This document shows, in pieces, positions 22,440 through 33,800 of a stretch of 40,056 bases of DNA. Origin of the DNA: Phoronis australis. Lineage: Eukaryota > Animalia > Phoronida. A model generated the notes under the pieces. That model was not told the origin of the DNA, did no database searches, and saw only the letters and a list, made by a program, of their open reading frames with translations. A program made the translations under genes and the position numbers. The stretch lies in contig NMRA01000428.1 in the NCBI GenBank assembly GCA_002633005.1, forward strand, positions 183,940-223,995. The letters are read 5' to 3'. Each line of letters opens with the position of its first letter. Positions within the stretch are counted from its first letter, which is position 1.

Positions 22440-25400
22440 GTATAAAACTGAAAGAAAGCTCGTCTCATTCGATACAATTTGTGATGCATTTGGAGTGTTC
22501 GTGAGTGCAAATGTTTTGAGAAGCCAGAAATGAATAAATCACTGCGTTACTGGCTTTAGATGCAGTAAAGCTAATTGATCGAGTACCGAGGCCATGCGAG
22601 CGCATGCTAATTCTTTGTTTGCTGGCAGAAAACTGTTGTGAAACAATTACTCGATTTTATATCCCATGGTCCGATTTTAAGGGAATCTTTATTTAGGTAT
22701 AGATATACTTTATTCGAACCATTGTTAATGTACAACCTTTGTCTTGACGGTTCTGTGGAAGGGTAACCTGACTTCGCGGCCCCGACGAGCTAGTAAGTAC
22801 ATGTAGATTTGAATGTTTGCAGCTAATCCACCAAAATTATTGCCTGCATATGTTTTCTTTGGCTCACTAGTATAGTCTTTTCGTGATTAGAAGTTTAGTT
22901 TCCAGCTTAGGATGGTTCATGACAATTGTTGGCCAGGTCTCAAAATTTTCAGGCCCTTATCATAGACAATATCTAACTACAATAAACACCAGGCTAATTG
23001 TTGACAAACCCATCAGACCCATAGTCCAAAACCACAAATAGATGGATGGAAGTACTTTTGACCAGCTGCATCAACCTGAGGGACCAAACCAAAAGGACGA
23101 TTTAGAATCAAGCTTTCTGTAGTAAATGTTAACACCAGGATTATATGAACCAGTAAGACATTGAAAACACGAAGTACTTGTTTTAAACATATACCCAGAA
23201 TCGCATTATCATTTATACGGACGTTAAACAAATTAGAGCACAACGTCAATGGAAAAATTTCAAAACCTTGCTGCAGTTATAGGAATATTTCCAACCACAC
23301 AGTTAACAACGTTAATTTTTCATTTAACGTGTAAATGCTTCAACATTATACAACAAAATGTCCGTCATAGTCTAGACTTGGACTTTCTTTGTGCGTTTGC
23401 ATACACAGGAATAATCTTGGTGGTCCTCACAGCTATCATCTCAGTGCACTTTGGTTTCATGGATTTGTGAAATTTGAGTGATCGCGTGGTATGAGTATTT
23501 TTGGTTTGTGATAAAGGTGGTATCTGGTAAGGTGTCAAAGGGTTGTATATCGTCAATTGTATGACTTTGTAGGCTTAGGTTAACAACTATAGATCCATGT
23601 CCTTTGTTAGCCTTTTAACTTGATTGGATGACTGAAACCTTAATTGCAACTTGTAAAGTTTCACATGACCTCGAATGCTCGTGTGATGGAATCTAACTCT
23701 GGGATTATCTTGTCACTCTGCAAGTATCTTCCGTAATCGAGCATGAGCAAAATTACCCTAGGCCTAAGATGGCTGAGGCTAAGCGCCCATTCATACGCTT
23801 GACAGAAGCGTCTTTGTCCGACCACAGACTGGTTTCATTTCAAAAACTTTTGCAAACACGTCATTGGAAAAGTTAACTGTTTGGTGATGTGTGGCAAATT
23901 TCCACCGGACTAACTCGCATCTCTAGTTGAGACAAATAAAACTGTAGACAGTTAGCATGAAGGATCTAGAAAGCCTCAACAAACACTTGAATAGCGAAGA
24001 AAGTTGTCTGCCCATACCACAAACAGATAAGCAAACCGTGTTACGTATTTATTAATCCAATCTCAACGCAGTGTACAGTTTCTTGCAAATGACCTCTGAC
24101 GTAAGACCGCACACCTTATTCAGCAACGTAAAAGCTTGAAAATAAATCCCAGGCGATATGCACAAAATATTGCTGTTTTGCACTATTTCGTTAAAAAGTC
24201 ACTTCCACATATTCTTTTATAGAAAAACCACCAATTGACCCATTCCTTCTAAGGGAAACTATTCTCGTTGCGACCTTTGTACTGCATTCAGAGGGCGCTC
24301 TTCCATTTGTGGTACTAGGCATAGTACACTGAGAAGGCCATCTTGGTATACAGTATCTTTGCCTTTTGTGTAATTTCAGGATTGTATTCACATCCTGTCT
24401 GTTCTGCAACCGGGATGAAGACGTCGGATTTTGTTTGAAGAAACGGAATAAAGCCCCTCGTCACTTTGCGGGATTCTTTTGAAAAAATATCTTCAAAGCG
24501 AAAAAAGCGCCCAAAGCACGAAACGTGTACACGTGCTTGCCCTTTCAACCTGATGCCGTGATAATTGCGACAGTCTGAGCGCCATTTTATTTTGACTAAC
24601 CTTAATGTGATGAGGAAAAGAACAGGAAACCTGAAAATAAGGATTAAAATTTGTTTAACCGATATGTTTCTGTTGAGGCTGGTGTCAAAATATTGCGATT
24701 TGACATAATAAAATATTGATACTCACCGAGGTCATAACATGTATGTTGGTTTTCGGACTTAAAAAACATGATAACCACCAAGGTGAACATCGAATTTTAA
24801 TTAAGAGTCTGCTCCATTGATTATTTCTAAGATGAAGTATTTATTACTTAATATATTAAAAATTTGAGTTGTGAATCTACCTTAAAATGTTATACTTAAA
24901 TGTACAAAATCAGCCAAGTACTTGTTAGCAACTGGTAAATGAAAAGAGGATGCCGACAGCATGTAATTCAAATATTGCACACGTGTGTACATTATGAATC
25001 GAGGCCTTTTGTACCGACAACAAAAACGCATTGCTCATAATCTGCCGAATTTCGAGGACATCTCGAAAAAATCCAAGGACTATCAAAATCCAGGTACTAT
25101 CCTTCATTTGAATTACGTTACTGATAGAATAATAAGAGCAATACAAAGCGGCCAATAAACTTGCTCTTCGTGGAACAAGGTTAATTTTGATGTGGGCCAG
25201 TTACTGCTATGAAGACTGTCAGAATAAATATTGATTAAGTAATTAGTAAGAATAGATCCATTTTAAGTAGCCCAAAATTTGTGCATATGTACTTTTAAAT
25301 CATGGGACAGACTTGTTGACATGTACTTTAACGTCAAAATCTATTTTTAAATGATGTTTACAACTTTGGGTTGTGGGGTCAAAGTACTCTAAAGATTCTA

Positions 25401-25647
25401 GAAAATGATATGATTGGATATGATCATGTGGTTTTTATTAACCAATCACTAAATAAATAGGATATTATAATATGGGCTTAAGTCAACAAGATATTCAGGT
25501 GTGCTATAGTACTTGAAGCATAAAGACTTGCCACAGTGTACAAAGGAAATTGTACGGCAGAGCCATCTCGTGAAAGATTCTAGAAAGGGTCTTGGCAAGG
25601 GCAAGGGTTAACGAACAGGAAGTTAACTAAGAGCTTGTCACTTGCAT

Positions 25648-25772
25648 TGTGGGTAGTAAGATACTACCTGAAGTGTTGCGTTACCAGCCAGAGACTGTGA
25701 CCAGCAAGAAGAATCGTGGGTAGAAGAACTTGAATGCAAGTGTTGCATCACCCAGAGACGGTGACCAGCAAG
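25648..25772. repeat. Diverged ~67-bp tandem duplication
   Basis: GTGGGTAG...AAGTGTTGC...CCAGAGACKGTGACCAGCAAG occurs twice. Confidence 0.7.
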
Positions 25773-26340
25773 TACAATGTCATCATACAGTGTGTGTAGT
25801 TCGAAGATTCACCAACAGGACAGTCAATCAACAAGTGGAGAGTCCTAGCTTGGATAGCAGATAAGACATTTGAGTATTTCGATTGATTGATTGATGTAGG
25901 GCACTAGCGTAGTTACTCTTCTTTGTAGTTGATTACTTAATTAACAACATGTTTCACCTGTCTAATTAGGGGTTATCACATGCTAAATTAAATACTGGAC
26001 TTGATTATTCACTCTCCATCTACGCACAATCTCAAAGCATAGCTACCTTTTAAACAAACCAACAATCAATAGTTAGACAAAGACCTCGTTTAGACGGACA
26101 AGATTTTGTCCGAGGTCTAACTAGTTACTGCACGAGCACGAAACCGGGGAAAAATGATTCGTCGCAACAAGTGAACTTATACAGTAAAACCCAGTCTCAG
26201 GACGTACCTTTTTTGTATTTTCTTCTGTTAAGCAGCAGACACGTGCACCATTTGTTGTCGGGTGCACTTCTGAGTTGTTACTACTTAACTTGTCTGGCAA
26301 CAAAGTGGAATTGATGTTTTATAATTTGGCAAAACGCGAG

Positions 26341-26595
26341 TGTATGTGCACAGGCGGCCCGAAAGTTGCCGCGGATGTGGACCTTTTGTACAGAAAATCT
26401 ATCGGTGGACTAAAAACATTAAAACGGGTACACGATTCCGCCGCGATCTGAGATCTGAGCCCGCCCCCTCCCCTCCCCTCTTCATGTGGTACCGGTTCTA
26501 GTTACTGAACTCGATATTTTCTCACACTTCACGTTGTTGCTGTTTCATTTTGCTTGCGGCAGCCAAGGCTTTGGGCCCCCCTAAATCCGCCTATG
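26341..26595. mobile_element. Left-truncated copy of the 2627-2907 MITE family
   Basis: Shares TGTATGT.CACAGGCG.CCCGAAAGTTGC, TTCATTTTGCTTGC.GCAGCCAAG and the right end CTAAATCCGCCTATG. Confidence 0.75.
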
Positions 26596-27139
26596 ATGTA
26601 ATCAAGTTTTCTTGTGGCACCCAGATAGATTCGTACCACACAAACAATGTCAGAAGAGGTCGGAACAGAACTGATTGACATTTCTGAAGTATTTGTAGCT
26701 TTTACTGCACATGCAAACTTTTATGACTTGACATAGTGCAGTTGCAGACAAAATTTCTCTTGAGAGTTAGGTTGACACTTCAATATTGCGCCCTGCCTTC
26801 TTATCTTCTGAATCAGAAACTGGTAAAATTCTGTGAGTCATGGTAGTTAGCACGGTCACCCACAGGCTGTACATTTTTTCACGCCTAGGCTATGAAAAGT
26901 TCGTTTAAGCCCTGGGCAGCGGAGTTATGTGTTCCCTCCTGACAGTAGCATCAATGGGAATGTTAAATGCTGCTAAGCTTTGCACATAGTACCTGCCACG
27001 CGGAAGGCCACGCGGAAGGCCACGCGCAGTTTTGGGGAAAGCTGGCGGCCGTTACCACCCCTGATTACATACCGTTGATTCTTACCCTCCATATTTCGAC
27101 TGGGAAAAGGGTTTCACTAATGAAAAAGACGAATGCGGC

Positions 27140-27690
27140 AAACGAGTTTTGGTTGTTGAAAAACTGTGGCTAACAAAACAATAGACACGGCCAGTTTTTT
27201 GGAGATACAATAACAACTCTCGACTATTCACTTTTCCATTAACTTTTCTAGATTGAAAACTCCTTTTGAGCGATGTCAGTCCTAGATTTTGAATGTTCAC
27301 TTTGATTTTTCAATTGGACCATTTCAATGGTGGCAAACGGAAGGATCTTTGTGCATCCACTAAGACATTTCATCTTCTGTCTAACTGTACGGCAACATCC
27401 ATGAATGTCTGAGTATTAATCGTGTCTGTGAGTGATAATCTTTCAACAGTGGTTTTTGACTTGCTTTCACATTTTGGCTTACATAATGTAGACACTCGAG
27501 TGATTCATTGACTGAATCTTCATATTATGGATGAACAGTGTTGAGACTTGACGTGTGCTTTTGCTGTTGAGATACTGATATGCTTTTCAGAGATAGTGAA
27601 ATAGAATTATTTAGCTTGGGATCTTTTTCACGGCAGCAGCAAACTGTCCTCTTTGTCTTCTTTTCTGAAGCACGACATTGCATGCTTGTT
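27140..27690 (-). pseudogene. Relic of the 5' part of a hAT (ZMYM1-like, TTF zinc finger) transposase
   Basis: Colinear fragments across frameshifts: QKRRQRGQFAAAVKKIP; WMHKDPSVCHH*NGPIEKSK*TFK; RKVNGKVNSRELLLYLQKTGRVYCFVSHSFS. Compare the family pattern NGExxxRxWLxYSxxxGxVYCFxCKLF. Confidence 0.65.
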
Positions 27691-27825
27691 CAACAGAAAT
27701 ACAAGGCAAATTATAACTAAATATCCAACTTAATCGCTCAGACTGTAGCCAACATGTTACATATGTGTATTTAATGAAGATAAAACCGTTGCATTACAAG
27801 TTATTCATTTTATCGAATCATGATT

Positions 27826-29607
27826 AGATTGGCGAAGCAGGTAACAGTGAAATGCAACTTTTCAATTTTGTGTTTGACACACTACTCACTGCAAAATTCT
27901 TCCAGGTAGTCCCTCAGTTTGAGCGCCCGCTTACCGGTCACTAACAATTTTGTGCTTACCCGCCGTTAAATATTTCCGGCTAAGCCTGTGGGCGACGGGG
28001 ACAAATGTTCAGACCAAGCCTTCCTGACATGACCGAAGACGTTTTTATAGTGTTTCCACAATTCCTCCGAAAAACGTGATTCTCTTTTGCCCGCTTCCGA
28101 CAACCTAGATACCCCCACTTTCTCCCGCCGCTTTAACTAGCAAGGTTATTTGTGTTCTCAAAGACTTTGCTCTGCGCTCATTTGAGGTTAAATTATTTTT
28201 CAAAAATAGTTGTGTGGAGCACAAGACTATATTTCTGACGTAAGTCTTAAGACACTTTTCACAAAACCGACTCCAGTAAATGTACGGGCATGTAATAAAA
28301 CAAGGGGAAAGATTTGGTTAAATGTTTTGGACCCATGTTTGGTGTGTAAGACGTCTCAAATTCAAGTCAAACTGAATTTCCACATTCGTGGAATTTGATC
28401 CCAGAGCAAAAGACATTCAAAGCCGCGAGTTCATGCATTTTATAACTATAATCGTGGTAATTTAAATCGCAAATGTACAATGCGATTATTGTTTGAATAT
28501 ACAAGGATATGCAATTTTAAGGATTTTTATACCAGCCTCAAGAACAGTGATTTGTTTCGATGTATAACGGCCTTATTCGCCTAACTCGGGTAGCGCTAGT
28601 CTCTTGCTGCTTGGTACGTGATGCAACAACAGACTGAGCTAGTGCATGGGTGGCGCACCATAGGGGCCAGGGTGTCTATAGGCCCCCACTTTTACAGTGC
28701 TAGGCAGCACATGGTTTATAGGCAGTGCACCACAGGGGGGCTGAGGGGGCTTTAGTCCCCACTTTTTTCATTATTGTGCCACCCATGTAGTGAAACTACT
28801 TAGTTTAGGATCTTTTTCAAGTCCGCAGCAAACTGTTATCTTTCACAAGATTGGCAAAACAGGTAACCGTGAAATACAACTTTTATGCTTGGCACACTAC
28901 TCACTGCAAAATGCTTTCGGGTTTTCACTCATTTTGTGCGCCCGCTTACGGTCGCTGACAATTTCGTGCTTCCCCGGCATTAAATATTTCTGTCTAAGCC
29001 TGTGGGCGACGGGGAAAAATGTTCAGACCAAGCCTTCCTGACATGACCGAAGACGTTGTTTAGTGTTTCCATAATTCCTTCGAAAAACGTGATTCTCATT
29101 TGCCCTCTTCCGACACCCGTCGCTTTAACTAGCAAGGCTGTTTGTTTTCTCAGAGACTTTGCATTTGAGGTTTGATTATTTTCCAAAAATAGTTCTATGG
29201 AGAGTAAGACTAAATTTCTGACCCAAGACTCAAGTCGCTTTTCACCAAACAGACCCCAGTAAACGTACAGGCTTGTAGTAAAACAAGGGGAAAGATTTGG
29301 TTAAATGTTCTTGACCCATTTTTGAAGTGTAAGACCTCTCAAACTCAAGCCAAACTGATTTTCCACAGTTGTGATTTTTAATCCCGGACCAAAAGACCCT
29401 CAAAGCCACGTGTCCATGTATTTTATAACAATAATCGTGGAAATTTAAATAGCAAATCTACCATGCGATTATTCTTTGAATATGCAAGGATATGCAACTT
29501 TGATTATTTTTATAGCAACCTCAAGGACAGTGATTCGTTTCGATGTATATTCGCCTAACTCGTGTAACGCTAGTCTCTTGCTGCTTCGCGCGTGATGCAA
29601 CAACAGA
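27826..29607. repeat. ~0.8-kb tandem duplication just downstream of the copy B poly(A) signal (27826-28633 and 28848-29607)
   Basis: Long colinear identity, e.g. CTAAGCCTGTGGGCGACGGGG, CAGACCAAGCCTTCCTGACATGACCGAAGACG and AAAACAAGGGGAAAGATTTGGTTAAATGTT. The gene-proximal part is also homologous to 243-534 downstream of copy A. Confidence 0.92.
28645..28787. mobile_element. Dimeric CATGGG MITE (143 bp) with 5-bp TSD TAGTG
   Basis: CATGGGTGGCGCA ... TGTGCCACCCATG. TAGTG at 28640-28644 and 28788-28792. Confidence 0.8.
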
Positions 29608-29630
29608 ATGGTACATGTACCATGACAATT

Positions 29631-29636
29631 TTTATT
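29631..29636 (-). terminator. Polyadenylation signal AATAAA, paralogue B
   Basis: TTTATT about 45 nt downstream of the stop; matches the copy A position. Confidence 0.6.
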
Positions 29637-29681
29637 AAAATTTAACACAATATACGTATGAAGGCAGTCAACCTATTATGG

Positions 29682-30871
29682 CTACATCACTGTTTCCTGT
29701 TGTCTTGACGTCACTGTACGCTTGCCCATCTCGCAACTTTTAGGCAAATATACTTGTTGTTTGTCAACGCAACCAAATTCCCCACCATCATCATCTTCGA
29801 AAATAGTTTCAAACTCTTTTGAAGGACCTTCTTCCGATATTGTTTCCTCAATCCAAGACTTCGCTTGAAGTTGAGCTGTATGCTGACTTGCAAGGATCTG
29901 AAGTAATATTGCAGACAACAACCCCAAACAGGTCAGCCCAAAACAAGTATACATTAAGGACATCTGACCGATATTTTGCAGTAGGTATCCGATCAGATTG
30001 TCCGTACCCAGATCTACTAAGCAGGTTATTGAAGATACCCAGCCAATCAAAACCACAGTAAGACTGACATAATTATTCAACCAGGACATCATGGTTGCCC
30101 ACATGGACGAGGCGAAAAATCTGTAAGCACAAAAATATACCCATAATGCCGTATGAGAAGTGAGACCAAATGATAAAAGAGCGAATGATAGGGCCGTTGC
30201 AACAGCCTGGGTGAACAGCATGACCTGTACAGGAACAAGCAAACTGCACAACGAACCCACGGCACGCGACACCAAGCGCAAGAGGTTTGCAGTAGATATC
30301 AGATATGCGGCTTCCTCTTTTTCAAATTTTAAATCGCAGTCAGTTGCAAAAGAGAATCCCCAAAGGGAAACTGCAGTTCCGTGACTACGAAGACAAGAAA
30401 AATACACAACCGTCAAAATTAGTAGAAGCAATCCAAACGTGAAATCCCCAGCAGCCCAATTCCGTGGGGAAACAGTTTCCAGGAAACTGGCCTTTGGTTT
30501 GTCATGTCTTGTGCCGTTACTGCGCAATTTATTGTCGGGAATCAGAATTTTACCTCGTTCAAGAAAATCAAAAATCAAAAAACAGACGCCAATCAAAGAC
30601 AGCACACTCGCAAAGGTTATGAAGGGTATCTCTATCCTCGACGGTTGAGTGTCTGCAGACCATTCCGTGAAATTTCTGGTGTCCATTTGCTGCAAGGACA
30701 TGTTGAACAGATTTTGACTTCCATTAAATATCCGCTGTGTCAGATGTAGGGAAATGAAAGACTTGCTTATCAATGGCGCGACAGTTTGACCTAAAGGAAA
30801 GCCCACCGAGACGAGATGCAACGGAAACGCTGCCCGATCTCTCCACATTGAACTGATAACGTGAGGTTCCA
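29682..30871 (-). CDS. Paralogue B terminal coding exon
   Basis: Open for 1190 nt. Acceptor ttttgtttcag (AG at 30873-30872), at the same position as in copy A. The ORF-track N-terminus MDYSTF... is intronic read-through. Confidence 0.92.
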
Positions 30872-33800
30872 CTGAAACAAAATATATCTTCATTAAGATA
30901 CAAGAAGGTCTATTGAAAGTTGAATAATCCATTCAGGGGTTAGCCACAGGTTATCAAAAAGCCTGAAAACAGGCGAAACCCCTCAGTTTAGGGCACCAGG
31001 CACAGTAAAGACCCTACCTCGTTGCTACAGGAGTTCGTAGAAAAAGGAAATCGGCGTGGTAAAGCATTGCGGCAACCGGAGAGAGGGAGAGAGTGAGGAG
31101 GGGCAGTCCAAAACTTGCGGTACCCGAGGGTAGCTAAAAAGTATAGCGACTGACGGAGGGGTGAAAAATTATGAAGTCTCTTAAAGGTGAGTAGGGATAG
31201 GTGTCATGAGGTTGGGGCAACTCAACACTTCATGAAACTGAGTACACCAGTAATTCCTAACCCGTCACTGAGCAAAATTAAAGTTACATTCAATATACCG
31301 TTACTAGTTAAACGCGACATCAATAAATATGCTAATTAAACATAAAATTCAGGGGCTAAAAGTTGTAGGCGAGATAGCCTCAGTTTCAAAATTCAGTTTA
31401 AATTGAGAGATAAATTTGAAGACAACACATTTTGGAGGGACTTGACTCGTATATACTTTGGAGAACCTTGAGCCAATGGTTAGTTACGCTGGTTGCCAAT
31501 TCCACGTACCTTTGAGTACATGACGTCTAACACTATCGGTAAAAAGTCAATGACGGCACAAGTGGCAATTTGCATTTTGTAAGGACGATCAACCTGGATG
31601 TAAATGCTACGCACTCTCTTACAAGTTTGACGTTATTTGCCATATCTTGGTGGTTGTTTTGCTACTACCACGTCTATTTTCACACGTGACTTTAGTCGTC
31701 AATAGCATTTTCCATATGCGAGACTGATTGACAGATCACGGTTCGGAGCTTTAGTACGGCAAGTTGGCTCAACTCTTATTTCAACGCCTTTTCAGATAAG
31801 TTTACTATCTTACAGTTTCGTCGTGATTGATGCCGAAAATTGGTGCAACTATATTATAGCTAGTCAGAACTTCAAAATTGTTACGGGTAATCTAAGTATG
31901 TTTTCTAATTACCGCAGACTCAAGTAGTTTGTCGTTCGTTTGTTTGAGTAAGCATAGAGTCAAGTAATTTTAAATATCAGTATTATAAATCTGTAAACGA
32001 CCAACGCATTGTTCAAATGTTTCGCACAACGTTTCTTGTATGCTGCAGTTGAACAGAGCAACTAAAACTAAGCAAGAAATAAAGTTTAACTTAACCCGCA
32101 ACTCATGCTTGTACTGTATTCACCCATGTTTGCCTAACAATTTTCCCTATCACACTGATTCTGATTTTGTTTTTTAGATGGAAGGAAATGGTATTAAAAG
32201 TCGCTATGACCCATGTTCTAGTGTTGAAAACGATTATTTTCTTCTCAAACAATTACTCTTTCAAACAACGTCACCGCAATCTTATCTAAATGTATGATTG
32301 CATTGAAGTAGTTTACAATTAATATAAATTATTACATGTTGTTAGTCGTTATCTCCCGTATTCTAAAGCCCGAGTGGATTTTGGAGAATTATCGCCCGAT
32401 GGCTGCCACTATTTATGCCACATACTGAATGAGAAACATCGCAATGAATCGATCTACCTTTCTCAACTCACCTCGTAACTACTTTCTATGTCAGAGAACA
32501 GTGGTCGGAGGTCGTGACCTTTTAGTAAAGCCGAGCTGTTTTTGTCAAATAATGCTTTTACTCAAAACCGGATGAACATTTAAATAAAATAGAAAGAAAG
32601 TGAATCTATAAATTAACGTTTAGCAACTATTATAGCTTCCTACACATTTTATCACGATAAGCTTCGACTGGGAAAATATCGTCTGATAAAGTAGGTTACC
32701 CCTGGTAAGTGAATATAATGCTCAAGCCAAGGAATCCTGATGACACGATATCCGCATTCAAATTGGAGATCGATGATTTACAAGTGAGAGAACATGAGAT
32801 AAAAATTTCACTGAATTAAAATATAGTTTTTGTGGAAATTGTTTTTCATAGCATATAGATGTCGGCACATTGCCCTTTTTTGAACATGCGATTGTTGCGC
32901 GTGCTCTTTAAGTATTGTTTTCACGTTCGATGATGTCAGCTGCTGAGTGGTGTAGTGGTAAAGTCGATGACTCGAAACTCTTGCGGACCAGAATCGAAAA
33001 CGGCCTCGGTTCCCGCCAAAATGTTGTATTGGCCATTAGAGACTAATATTGTGGTACAAATGGCCTGCAATTGGTCAGTAAACCCTATCTTGGTGGCTGA
33101 CGGGACTTAACGGACACTAACCCACCGGGACATGTCAATCATTTCTAATCTGAACAAGAATATAAGACCGACTTTGTAGCCGAAAGTGAACTTGTTTCAA
33201 AAGTTGTTTATTGAGGTGCAGCGTGAACCGAATGCTGGAAAAGCAAGTCTTTTAAAAGTAATTTTCAAATTTGCTCGTTCTTGTAACACATATTACAGCA
33301 AACCAGGGTGTTTTACTAAAATCTTTTTGCACTCGGACGTACTTTTAACACATGTAATGTGTTTAGTCAGGTTCCAATTTTCAAAAAAGGCCTCAGAAAA
33401 TGGTGTAGAGGGCATTTGGGGTTAATGCAGACCTGATCATTGATTTTAACTATTCTGGGGTTGCTGAATCAAAAAACTGTATGCCGGGCTGGATTTGTCT
33501 CTCGTAACCATCAAATCCAGCGGCCATATTGAAATTGGCAAGTTCAAATTAATGCTTTTTAAGATTAGTATGCTACATCAAACTATAGTGTTTCAGGTGT
33601 GATAAACTCATTTTTGATACTTTTTTGTTATTGGAGGTTAAGGCCACACAAAAAAGTCAAGGTCAAACAGTTCCGCACATGTTCCATTGGAAATACAATG
33701 AGCTCAACTATTTCGGGGATCTTCACACGTCATTGTTTCGTGGACGCCCTGCCTTGCATGCATTGAGAAGACGTCTGTCAATTTTAATTATTTGTTCACG

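Noticed and set aside
30872-30932. MDYSTFNRPS... as the N-terminus of a single-exon gene
   Set aside because: It lies upstream of a conserved splice acceptor, is not conserved in copy A, and the protein would lack TM1-4.
20949-33012. Functional tRNA genes at 20949 and 32941 (also 5090)
   Set aside because: The cloverleaves cannot be completed; kept only as SINE-like or pseudo-tRNA fragments.
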